This document shows positions 39,680 to 51,589 of a stretch of DNA of 64,000 nt, piece by piece; positions within the stretch are counted from its first letter, which is position 1, and every line of letters begins with the position of its first letter. Source of the DNA: Octopus bimaculoides (taxonomy: Eukaryota); assembly GCF_001194135.2 (NCBI RefSeq), contig NC_068989.1:68957636-69021635 (forward strand). Direction: 5' to 3'. Position numbers and translations under genes: made by a program. Below the pieces are notes generated by a model. The model searched no databases. It was not told the DNA's origin and saw only the letters and a program-made list of their open reading frames with translations.

Positions 39680-39713
<34 letters not shown>

Positions 39714-40444
39714 GACTCTATTCTTTCTTTCTATCAGCTCTTTCACGCTCATTCCACTCTTCGTATTTTCGTTCCCCCTCTCTCACATTTCCTGACCTTC
39801 TCTTCATGCTCACCTTCCCTCTTCTTTCACTTCACTCTGTCCCTTTCATTTTTTCTCGCCCCTCCTAATTCTTCTATCCCTCTGCCTCTACCTCTCTCAC
39901 TTCTCTCCCCACGTTACCGATGTTCGGCCAAGCTCGACCTTTCTTTCTTGGTTCGACTACCATCCACGCAACATATATATTCCTCCCTTTGCCTGTCAAA
40001 CCTTATGTCTCTGCCGTAAGGCTTTACTTCCACACACACCAGCTTAATTTAATTCGTCCTTAGTCGAAAGACACCCGTTGTTAATGTCCTGTTATTTGTA
40101 TTTGTGTACCATTTCTACGTTTTTTTTTTTCTATCCTTGTTTTCGTATACATTCGCTGCTTTCTTCCAAGGAATCTAATGCTCTTGGCTTAGTTTTTCCT
40201 TGGGTCTGGCCAGATTGGAGCAATCCTGAGTATAACCAGCCGAAATTGCAAAGATAATCTGAAACTCGACTGAGGAAAGAAAACTCTAAATGACCCGTCC
40301 TTCTTTTCTTTGCATCGTCTGTCTGGATGTTTTGCGTTCTTGTCCCATTTTTGTATTATATATATGTGTGTGTGTGTGTGTGTATGTGTGTGTATACATA
40401 TATACATATATATATATAAGAGACCAAAGTGTACGTACGCCGCT
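39645..40444. mobile_element. 800-bp element bounded by a perfect 31-bp inverted repeat (Penelope-like pLTR remnant or MITE)
   Basis: agcggcgtacgtacactttggtctcttatat (39645-39675) and its exact reverse complement (40414-40444); pyrimidine-rich interior. Confidence 0.6.
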
Positions 40445-41302
40445 ATATATATATTCGTCACACCCCGAAACCCAGAATCACTCTTGAGGAAAGGGCAAAG
40501 AGCTCCCACTATTTATTGTACTTAATGATGTATGTGATACAAAATAAAATAATAAAATATAAATATGAAATTAAAATGTAATATAAATATAAATATTCAT
40601 TAACTGATTGATTAATCAAATGATTATTCAAGCAATCGATTAGTTAACCAATTGAAGAGTAATGAAGAAGTGAATCTGAACTAGTGCGTGTGTTTATTAT
40701 TGGCATAATGACCTACCCAAGATACAACCGATTCATATAAATTTAGATACACATATGTAAATGAATTTCCGTCACTTTGGACGATGAACATCGAGTTGCT
40801 CGAGCAACTCAAGTGGTTGACTATTCCATAGACGCACTATGTGACAAGGTTAGACTTTGGACCAGGTACAATTCACCCGATAGGCGTCTACACAGTTCCT
40901 GTCACAAGACTTAGAAGGACATGAGAGTATGGTTAAAAGACATTTTCCCAAGATGTCATACTGTGGCATCGAACCCGAGACCTCATGACTGCTAAGTGAC
41001 TTCGGCTATTTGGCTATTGCTGCGTTCACAATGTGCATTTGTACACGCGCGCACATACTCACACACGCACACACACGCACACGCACGCACGCACACGCGC
41101 ACACACACACATACACACACACACACATACACACACANNNNNNNNNNCACACACACACAGACACAGACACACACACACACATACACACACACACACATAC
41201 ACACACACACAGACACAGACACACACACACACATACTCGTATTGCTCCAAAGTGGTCAGTTATTACAAAGGAGATAGTCATTTTTCATATTTAACAGACT
41301 GA

Positions 41303-41500
41303 CAGAATCGTTAGCGTGTCGGACAAAATGTTTAGCAGTATTTCATCAAACTCTTTACGTTTCGGGTTCAAATTCTGTTGATGTCAAATTTGCTTTTCAT
41401 CTTTTTGGTGTCCATAAAAATAAAGTAATAGTCAAGTACTGGAGTTGATGTAATGTACATATTTCTTCTCCTCAAAATTATCAGCCTTGTCTCAAAAGTA
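41303..41500 (+). mobile_element. SINE family A, diverged
   Basis: gacagaatcgttagcgtgtcggacaaaatg...ggttcaaattc...tttgcttttcatc. Confidence 0.7.
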
Positions 41501-42139
41501 GGAAGAAAAACATCTGTGTATTTGTATGCACACGTCAATGTACTTGTTTGTAAACACGTATGTATGTTTGTGTAGTATAACATGCCGTGTTAAGCGATTA
41601 ATAATCCTTATGCGCTACAAACTTATCAGTGCTCTTAACAAACAACGGAGATTTAAGCTACATAAACACATATTGTTGCCCTTGTAGGATTAATGTTATT
41701 TATTCACTGAAGCATAAAATCCTTACATTTCATAATCTAAATCAGAAGTGGCCGCCATTTTAACATTCCAATACTCTAATTTTTTTTTTCATATACAACT
41801 TCAGCTGTACCATAAAAATAGTCTCCACCGCCATTCAATTTTTACAATTGTAGAGAGAGAGCGACAAAAAATTTCAGATTCAACATTCTTTACAAATATT
41901 TCAACATCAAACATGGGTCCTACACCAATTGAAATCATGTTAGTTATTAAAACGAAAACGGTAAAACATTAAGTGTACAAAGATGTCATTACCACTTACT
42001 TTACTTTACTAACATCAATAACCATCTAAAATATGGGAAGCTTTTCTGTCGCACATATTATAATAGTGTATATTATATTTATTTTATGTAGTATATATAG
42101 TATCATGTATATACAAACTGGGAAAGTTACTGACTGTAA

Positions 42140-42320
42140 TATTGGTTTCAAATTTTGGTACAATGCCAGAAGTTTCGGGAAAGGGACCAACTCGATTACA
42201 TCGACCCCAAGATCAATGGCAAAGTCGACCTTAGCGGAATTTGAATGCAGAACGTAAAGACGGATGAAATGCCGGTTAGCATTTTGCTCGGCGTTGCTAA
42301 CGATTCTGCCAGCTCGTCGC
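42140..42320 (-). mobile_element. SINE family A
   Basis: Reverse complement of the family A consensus, ending ...gattctgccagctcg. Confidence 0.8.
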
Positions 42321-42829
42321 CTTACACTAAATGTCATCACTGCGCTTGAAACAGCATTAGATTAACATGATAATGTGTGTGATATTCATAATGCATATAC
42401 AAAAATGGAATAGTGTTCAATCTCGTATGAACAGGGTACGACCAAAAATCCCCAGAACTACCAGTCTTGATGAATGTTTCAACAACAAACACAGTGTGCA
42501 CTGATCTAAACTAAAATGGTGACAAAAAAGAAATGATAAAATATTAGCTACATGGTGGAACCATTATCACAAGCGGCACAACAATGACCGTGTAAAATAT
42601 GGGATTTTTTTGCCGCACCCTTTACTTGTTTCAGTCATTGGACTGTAGCCAAGCTGGGGCGCTACATTGAAGGGTATTGTCGTACAAATCCATCCGCAGT
42701 CCTTATTAATTTTAAGTGTGGTGCTTCTTCTCTCTCCTCTTCTCGTCTCTAACAATTCACGAAAGAAAATATTTGTTCATGTCTGCACGTTGTTCGGAAA
42801 CGACAGGTGTAAATGTAACTCTGACAAAT

Positions 42830-43450
42830 ATTCCTAGTTCTGAAAACTATTCACAGAGTAGTGATCACCAAAAATTAATAATGTCATCAGGCATTTGTTA
42901 CTGAAAGAAGCTCATTAAATAATATTTTTACTTATATTAATTAATTATATTTTAAATAATGAATTTGTTTCCTAACGAATAAGTACCTCTTGTATATTCT
43001 AAGACATATGTAAGAATTTTGTTCTCTAAGTGAAAATGGATTTATAAAGCTGATTATATAATCTCCTGCTTTAGTAAAATCACAAAAACGATTTTCAAAT
43101 GGTTCATAAAATAAACTTGATATTTTTTCAACATATTTTTTTAAAACGCAGTTATCTTTAACATATTCATTCTGCTCTTTTAAATGCGGAAATTGGTTTA
43201 AATATTCATTTCTTAGCTGGGCGATGAACAATTTAATTTCATTTTAAATGCCTTGATATTTACTTAATCGAGAAACAATTTGTTCTAATAATGTAGTTTT
43301 AAATTTAGATCAGTAAGATGGCTGTAAGTAAAAGTATTAAATCAATCAATTGTTATCATATAAAAGAGCTCTTTCTTTGAGTGACTTATTTTTCTCTTCT
43401 AAAAATTCATAAACACCATATTCCAGATCTGAAATTTCGGAATAATCTTT
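42830..43450 (-). mobile_element. Decayed hAT transposase (SPIN/GTF2IRD2-like) fragment
   Basis: Peptides YEFLEEK, KLFIAQLRNEYLNQFPHLK..FYEPFENRFCDF....FINPF and LLIFGDHY resemble the C-terminal half of GTF2IRD2-like hAT transposases; broken frames. Confidence 0.7.
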
Positions 43451-44795
43451 GAACTGTTTAATGTATTTGTTCTAATTCTAATTACATGCTGTTAAGTTCA
43501 ACTCTCACTGAGGTCAACTTTGCCATTCGCTTTTCATGGTCGATAAAAAAAAGTATCAATCCAGTGGATTGGAGGAACTGTAAGAATGTTGAACCAGGTG
43601 CCTTGTGGTGTTTGTTCTACTTCTTTGTGTTGAGTTCAAATCTCGTTATGGCCTACTTGGTTAGTAGACTTAACCCATCACCCGGTTTAACAACACCTGG
43701 TACATTAAGGTGTGTTATTAGTGGAGTCCAACTTGTAAGCATTCAGGACAGTTTCTGGTTTCAGGACACCTTCCCCGCTTCCTTCCACCAATCTTGAAGA
43801 ACTTGTAGCATTGCCTCCTCTCCTGACTAAAAGATATTATAAAAGTTGAATTTTTCCACATAACTCTTGATGTATATAATACAACAAAGTTCAAATGGAG
43901 GATGATCTAAACAGTTTCAAATTGTCCTAACGATACTGTCTATCGATGACACTATTAGCAGAAGCATTGATGAATTTACTGAAATTTACAGATCCTCCTA
44001 GAACAATTATACGATTTTATCTTGACCGAAATAGCTGATCCTCTTGTTTTTCAGTGAAGAGATTCAAGACCGTCATGTTCCTCAAAAGCGTTAAATTTAC
44101 ATCAGTTTCTCTGAGCCATATCACATATGTTGGTAGATTCGGCCAAAACGACCAAGCGACTCCATTTAATTGAACAATACAACCATTACATCAATTTAAA
44201 TGCAGTCCTCAGCTGCATAAATACAGAGAATTAAATTAAATTAAAACAAATGGACACATTAGTATAATTTTGCCTAAAACCTCCAAGAAGGTAAGGAGAT
44301 AGACATGCTGTCTCTTAGAAGCTACTAAGGTATTTTGATTTTAATCACCTTATATATATATATATATNNNNNNNNNNNNNNNNNNNNNNNNNNNNNNNNN
44401 NNNNNNNNNNNNNNNNNNNNNNNNNNNNNNNNNNNNNNNNNNNNNNNNNNNNNNNNNNNNNNNNNNNNNNNNNNNNNNNNNNNNNNNNNNNNNNNNNNNN
44501 NNNNNNNNNNNNNNNNNNNNNNNNNNNNNNNNNNNNNNNNNNNNNNNNNNNNNNNNNNNNNNNNNNNNNNNNNNNNNNNNNNNNNNNNNNNNNNNNNNNN
44601 NNNNNNNNNNNNNNNNNNNNNNNNNNNNNNNNNNNNNNNNNNNNNNNNNNNNNNNNNNNNNNNNNNNNNNNNNNNNNNNNNNNNNNNNNNNNNNNNNNNN
44701 NNNNNNNNNNNNNNNNNNNNNNNNNNNNNNNNNNNNNNNNNNNNNNNNNNNNNNNNNNNNNNNNNNNNNNNNNNNNNNNNNNNNNNNNNNNNNNN

Positions 44796-44839
<44 letters not shown>

Positions 44840-44974
44840 TGTGTGTGTCTGTGTGTGTAGTACTGGGGTCGATTTGTTCGATTAAACCCTTCAAGGCAGA
44901 GCTACAACTTGACCGTGGTAATTTGACTGAAACAAGGAAAAAGTGTAAAAGAGAATATATGTAAATATATTGAT

Positions 44975-45269
44975 GCATTTCAGCGTCTGGTAATTTACTA
45001 TGTTCAACTGAACGCATTTTCTCCTTAAATACTTTTAAATACGTCACAGACCATCTCCCACATCCATTAATCCTCCCCTATACACTCAGCAATGATCTTG
45101 ACAATGAACTCATCAGAACACGTGATGTCATCACCAGTGTAGATATGGAGAAGGCCTAATGTGGTTCAAGGCATTTTGCCCATTGATAATATCTAGTTAA
45201 TCTCATCAATGGATAATACCTCATTGGGGTCCCTCTAAATATGAAATAAATTATAAACCTGCAGATGTT

Positions 45270-45328
<59 letters not shown>

Positions 45329-45824
45329 CAAACATACATACATACATACATACATACATACATACATACATACATACATACATACAGATATATATATATA
45401 AAGTATATATATATATATATAAATATGTATGTATGTATTTATATTCTTTTAAATATTGAAATGCGTCACAGACTACCCCCCTCTTCCTTTTCATTTCATT
45501 AACATCTCACCTGCACATTGTTGTATTACAGTCTGACGTGGTCTTGGCAATGAAATTTAGGATAGACATGATGTCATTACCAGTGTGTACAAAAATGATT
45601 GTATATCTCAATGACCGTTGATAATCTGTTAATTTCTTGGCAAGAGCCCTTCACTGAGGTTTTCCTCGATATTAAGATTGTAATCAGTAATAAACCAGCT
45701 TATACTGGAGATGTTTATTCTCTAAAAGTAATAGATACATACATACATACAAAGAGAGAAAGAGAAAAAAGAATTTAAAAAATGGGAAGACGAGAGAGAG
45801 AGAGACATATACATATATATGCAT

Positions 45825-45877
<53 letters not shown>

Positions 45878-47030
45878 TTTCCTTCCTCCGCTTTTTCCTT
45901 CTTTGGACTTTCTTTGTTTCCGACGAAGAGCTCCGCTCGAAACGTCATATTCTCTTTCTTTCCTTTCCCGAGCGTCTAGTAACACAATCTGTATCACGTC
46001 CTCGCGTTGTTGTTTTTTTTTTGTTGTTTTTTTTTTGTCTTTTTCCTTTTTTGAACCTATATATATATATTCGCGAAATGAATCAGTAGCAGCACAGATT
46101 TCGTGAGGGACGGGTTAATAGATCCCTTATAATGGTGATACGTGCTGATGAAGCTAAGGCATATTAATATCAATGCAGAAACTAGTCCACGTAAATCCAC
46201 ATAAACGTAAGTTGATTGACTTAACCATTTTTGCCTTCATATTGATTTCTGTAGTAATTACCAGTGTAATTTTTGGCGATTTAATAACGGGTTTTGGCTG
46301 TTATTTCAAGCTGGTAGACATACTTAGTATGTCCTTTGATTAATCATAATCCCTCAGCTTTTTAAATGCTATTTTTGGCCAGCAGTCGCCTGTATCGTTG
46401 ATTCTGTTATTATCATTCTTAAATTAGTGACATTGGATAATAATAGAATTAATGGTACATTTTGTAAATTGATTTTACAACATACATATATAGTAATAGA
46501 TACAAACATACATACAAGGAGACAAAGAGAAAAAAGAATGAGGAATGGGAAGAAGAGAGAGACAGAGAGACAGAGAGACAGAGACAGAGAGACAGAGAGA
46601 CAGAAAGACAGAGACACAGAGACACAGAGACAGAGAGAGAGAGAGAGAGAGACTTATATATTCAAGTTCATTCCGATACATTTGACCATGACAGTGAAAA
46701 TTCTACACGTGTTACCAAAACAGACGTTTTTACCAGAGGTTAAAATGATGAGATTTTAAGCTCCAGTGAACATAGCTGGATAATCCTTTGTAAAGGGTTC
46801 GTTAAAGCCGAGTAATTTGCCGCTGAAATTAAGCTAGCAACAACACTGGGATTATCTAACTGTATACAACAGCACCAATGTTATCATATCTTATTATGTT
46901 CGTTGTTGTTGATGGTGATGGTGGTGGAGATTATGTTTGTTAGTGATGAGGGGATAAGGGAACAGGTGAATGAATGACTACTTAAATAATTGTCAGAACA
47001 TCAATGACATTGTCTCTATATTTGTAACAG
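44975..47030 (-). repeat. Three-unit cassette copy A (T1 45040-45272, T2 45445-45735, X 46678-46890); inverted duplicate of 58495-60520
   Basis: The reverse complement aligns block by block with 60233-60508, 59845-60149 and 58690-58890 in the same order. Confidence 0.9.
45920..45946 (+). ncRNA. Minimal type I hammerhead ribozyme motif (Penelope-type), probably inactive
   Basis: CCGACGA-A-GAGC tcc GCTC-GAAAC-GTC: core C(U>C)GANGA, 4-bp helix II, GAAA, palindromic ACGT helix III and GUC triplet. It lies in a pLTR-like block (about 45885-46062) between TA microsatellites. Confidence 0.65.
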
Positions 47031-47113
47031 TAATGCGATAAAGGATAGATGAAATTTAAATGTTTAAACTACTGCATTTCAAATAACCTTGGGTGAATAC
47101 AACCAAGGGTCTA

Positions 47114-47285
47114 ATACCGCCTTAAAGCGTGAGCATGCTGAGCAGTTGTCCAAAGGCCTCACAAGTCTGGTCTAGGGGTTCAATTCTGGTTTGTGTATGC
47201 TGTGGCTTGCTTACAAGTAAATAACTATTATAGGACCTAATGTACTAAGTTGTCCAGGGGCCTATAATGCTTCAAAGACGGCTAT
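47114..47285. mobile_element. Degenerate Harbinger-like MITE
   Basis: Imperfect TIRs ataccgccttaaagc / gcttcaaagacggctat; internal gttgtcca..ggcct repeats. Confidence 0.4.
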
Positions 47286-47915
47286 GCATCGGTCAGTTTT
47301 TCTTTTAAATTTTTTAGCAGTTTCAGTACTGCAGACATTCTGGGGGCATAGCTTTCGAAGTTTCTTTTAGTAAATAAATACTCCTCTCAGTACTTCATTT
47401 AATACTGTTCTTCTCTTTGATAGCACGTTGCCAACTCTAGAGAATGCTTGGTTCTTGCGATTATCTGGTCTTAATTGCCATTTGGTAATTGTGACACATC
47501 TTCTAAAGGCGAAGATAATTTTAATAAACGAAAAATGAAAAACAAAAAAAAAAAACAAGACAATTGCAGCAAAGCTGCGTGATAGTGGTGTCAGACGTAG
47601 CCTGCAGACCATCATATAATTTGTTTTATTCTCCTCTTCCGTTTTACTTTGACATGCGCATTGCGTTTTTATTTTTATGTTCAGTATGCACATGCACATT
47701 GCATGTTCATACTTCGCTCTCCGGTTCCTATTCAAAACTGTTTATATATCACAACCATCTCACGAACGTGCGTTCATGAGGAGCGCTTCGGACTCCGATG
47801 ATTGTGAAATAAAAGATTATGCTGTATCGTATTTGATATACCCTTATATGTCTATGCCGTTCAGGCACATACCATTGGGCACACTGCGTTATTTCTCTTA
47901 GCCCATTTCTGTTTA

Positions 47916-47976
<61 letters not shown>

Positions 47977-48692
47977 GGGGTGAGGGAGAAAGTACCTACA
48001 TGATAATGAATGCCTTTTACATGTCTTTTGATAAAACATATTACCGACGTGTATCAGTGAGTAGTAAATCCATCCAATAGATTACATACTTCAGTGAACA
48101 CAAAATATTAATCTCAGATGAAGTAAAACCAAATGTGTGTTTGCTTGTGTTTTTTTAGTTGTTCTTTCATTCTAGCCAGCTCACCTGATGCGTTAAACAC
48201 ACGCAAACACACACACATACGCTCATAGACTAACACACAAATACGCCTAGTCTTGCTCTCACTTTTCTTCCAACCCTCTCTTTCTCCATCTCTCTCCTTC
48301 TCTCTCTCCCTCTCTTCTTCTCTTTTTCTTTCTTCTTTTCTATACTTCTGCTTCCCACGCATGCGGGCTCGCTGTCTCTTTCTCATTCGAACGGAAGCAG
48401 ATTAATCAGTTATAAGAAATAAACTAGCAATATTTTTTGTTTTGTTTTTTGTTTTTAATCAGCGAAACATTTGCGTAGATCGAGATTCTGTAAAAGAATC
48501 ATCTTGTTATCAAAATATTAAATAATATCAAAATTTAATAAAAGCATTATCATATTGCGATGGTTGACTTTAGAAAGACTAATGATGTCAAGATGACATA
48601 AAACTGACATGGTAATGCTTACAAGTTTCTATTTACAGAAACTTAAAAGGTGTTCATAAATCCTATCGAAAACGGAACGAGAGGCTGACATA

Positions 48693-49492
48693 CAGTAATC
48701 ACTCGCCATATCGCGATTCACCTATCGCGATTCACCTATCGCGCCCTCAGTACATCGCGGATTTTTCTGGCTATTATATGTACATTTATATCGCGGACTC
48801 CTCAATATATCGCAGGTTTCTGCGGCCGATAGGTATTTATATTTTTATTTAGATTTTAATTATTTCTGTGGTAAAAAAGGCATCTTCACGCCTAAAAATT
48901 AATAAATTATTAAATGAAAATACAGTACAGTATAACACATTAATTAAAATATATTGAAAAAAAATATGTAGTGTTCTGTAGATGAGTAAACAAAGAATCG
49001 CACATACTGTATGGAAAACGAAATTCGGGAGGTGAGTGTGTAGTGTTGTCTTGCATTTATAATAAAATGAATATATACAAATTATAAAAATAATGAAAAA
49101 ATATATATAGTACAGTATCATTTCTACTTCACGGATTTTGACCCATTGCGGGTGTTTTTGGAATGTATCATCCGCGATAACTGAGCGATTGGAAATCCTC
49201 TTAGCCCCTTGTGGAGCATAGGGCCAGTTTCCATGGCGTATGTGTTTCCCCCAGCTGGACGGGACGCCAGTCAATCGCAACTTTTTACTCAAGAAACAGG
49301 AAGAAAGAGTGAGAGAAAGAGTACAACAGGGGTCGCCGCCACCCCCTGTCGGATCCTCGTGGAGCTTTAGGTGTTTTTTGCTCAATAAAGACACACAACG
49401 CCCGGTCTGGGAATCGAAACTGCAATCTTCCGACCGCGAGTCGGCTGCCCTAACCACTGGGCCATTGCGCCTCCACAATTGAGGGATTACTG
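48693..49492. mobile_element. Tigger/pogo-like MITE interrupted by a SINE
   Basis: TA-CAGTAATCACTC ... GAGGGATTACTG-TA (TIR 11/12); cgcgata subterminal motifs. Confidence 0.85.
49186..49476 (-). mobile_element. SINE family C (tRNA-Arg-like head + Meta-like tail) nested in the Tigger-like MITE
   Basis: Head nearly identical to 27886; tail gcgattgactggcgtcccgtccag; candidate TSD aactgag / aattgag. Confidence 0.88.
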
Positions 49493-50094
49493 TAAATTAA
49501 TTCAGCCTCCAATTTCCTCTCATCTAGCCATACTGTTCAGGNNNNNNNNNNNNNNNNNNNNNNNNNNNNNNNNNNNNNNNNNNNNNNNNNNNNNNNNNNN
49601 NNNNNNNNNNNNNNNNNNNNNNNNNNNNNNNNNNNNNNNNNNNNNNNNNNNNNNNNNNNNNNNNNNNNNNNNNNNNNNNNNNNNNNNNNNNNNNNNNNNN
49701 NNNNNNNNNNNNNNNNNNNNNNNNNNNNNNNNNNNNNNNNNNNNNNNNNNNNNNNNNNNNNNNNNNNNNNNNNNNNNNNNNNNNNNNNNNNNNNNNNNNN
49801 NNNNNNNNNNNNNNNNNNNNNNNNNNNNNNNNNNNNNNNNNNNNNNNNNNNNNNNNNNNNNNNNNNNNNNNNNNNNNNNAATGCCAAACTCCTATCCTAC
49901 TATGAAAAAACGTCAGCGGAAAGTTTTGTAGTTCACCCCATCGCTTCTCCCTTGACGTAAAAACTTGTGTGGGTAAGATCTTTCTTAGTTTAGTGGATAA
50001 ACACTTTCCCCGAATGCATAGGTTCAGAACAATATTTAATAGAATACTTTATGAGTTTTTTTTTTTTGTACTTTTCGGGCGCGAACCTATGTAA

Positions 50095-50343
50095 GGTCAA
50101 TCATCGTATGTGTGTGTGTATGTGTGTGTGCATCTATGTGTTTGTGTTTGTATTTGTCTATTGCCACTTGACAGCCGGTGTTGGTGTGCTTATGTCCCCG
50201 TAACTTAGCGGTGGTTCGACAAAAGAGACCGATAAAATAAGTACTAGGCCTAAAAAAATAAGTCCTGAGGCCGATTTGTTCCACTAAATCCCTTCAAGGT
50301 GGTGCCCCACCATGGCTGCAGTCAAATGACTGAAACAAGTAAA
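50095..50343 (+). mobile_element. SINE family B, 3' part
   Basis: cttgacagccggtgttggtgtg...gtaacttagcgg...catggctgcagtcaaatgactgaaacaagtaaaa. Confidence 0.85.
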
Positions 50344-51589
50344 AAAAAAAATGGGGTTCGAGAAAGACTAGTGAAATTCTTCGCCAATAGTTAGTGAGTA
50401 TAAATAGCTGAAAATTGAAATAAATTGATTTGCTCTGAAAAAGATAAAAATTCGGAAGATTCGGAAGCAGGACACTAATTGGAATGTTCTCTTCAGTAGA
50501 ATTTTCGTCTCTCACGGTGCGCACTGGTTTATTCCAAATTTAAGTTATTTTAATTGACACTGGGTTAAGCATGAATTTAATTATATCCGACATCAAAATA
50601 TTAAAGCTAGATCTCAGTCCATTCATCTAAGGCGAAGAACTAACCATAAATTCATTCTCTCTATTCGAGAAGTAAATTTTCAGGGTCATTGACAAATAGG
50701 TCTTCGTCCACCAGTGTTTTACATCCAGTTGTCAATGAGCCAGCAAAGGAACCTCTGCATAGTTGCACGACCTGCGAGGATCAGGAGCCAGAATTCTATT
50801 AAGTGACATTCTACTGTCTTTAAAAATGTTCAGTACATAATGTAGTCGTATATATTTAAAAACAAAACAAAATGTAGGGGATAGTCACGCAGTGACGTAA
50901 TGCTGAGTGTGCCGCCATCGGAGGGGAGCTACTTTATACACATGTGTTTACTTTAGTTGAATGTATGTTAGATTTAAAGAAGTGGGTGGCCAAAACCACT
51001 TTATGCCACTGTTGTTACGGCATCAATGCTTTTTATTATACGCCTGCTAAATCAGATTGTTGTGAGGTTAAATAACAGTCTAATCCCCTGCCCTTAAAAC
51101 GCACCCTTTATCTATTTCTTCAATCGATACGATAATGCACATTTCTATACCCTTATACCAAGGACCTTCGAGAAAAAATTTACGAGCAGGAACAAGACTG
51201 CTTTATGGCCCAATTTTCCTGAGAGAGTGTTAAGAGCTTAGAAGCCCGTAAGATATTCACGGCCTTTCTTCGTCCTCTGGACCAGTTGCCCATCACCACT
51301 CTCTTACAGGCCGTGTTTATACCCATTTATTCCACTCATTTTTCCTCCTCCAACTGTCATCCCACTTCTTGCCCGTAAAAAAGCTTAACTTTTTTGTTCT
51401 CCGACCTAGAGCGAATGGGAATATTCCGGAACTGCTCAACCATGTTTCGTGTCCAATCAAAGATTTACAACAATTTGGAAGTAACTTTAACCTTTACCTT
51501 TCTCATCTTATCTTTACCAACCAACAAAGGAACCTTCATACGATCTCTCGACCAGCATAACATAGCAGTCAAACCTCCTTCAAATCATA

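Noticed and set aside
43670-44200. LINE AP-endonuclease relic on the minus strand
   Set aside because: Only faint motifs (VIWLRET, IDW) are visible; too degraded to support without a search.
45100-45135. C/D-box snoRNA or hammerhead in unit T1 (GTGATGA...CTGA; CTGATGA)
   Set aside because: The boxes are too close together and there is no terminal stem; no helix II/GAAA arrangement; not conserved in the T2 and X units.
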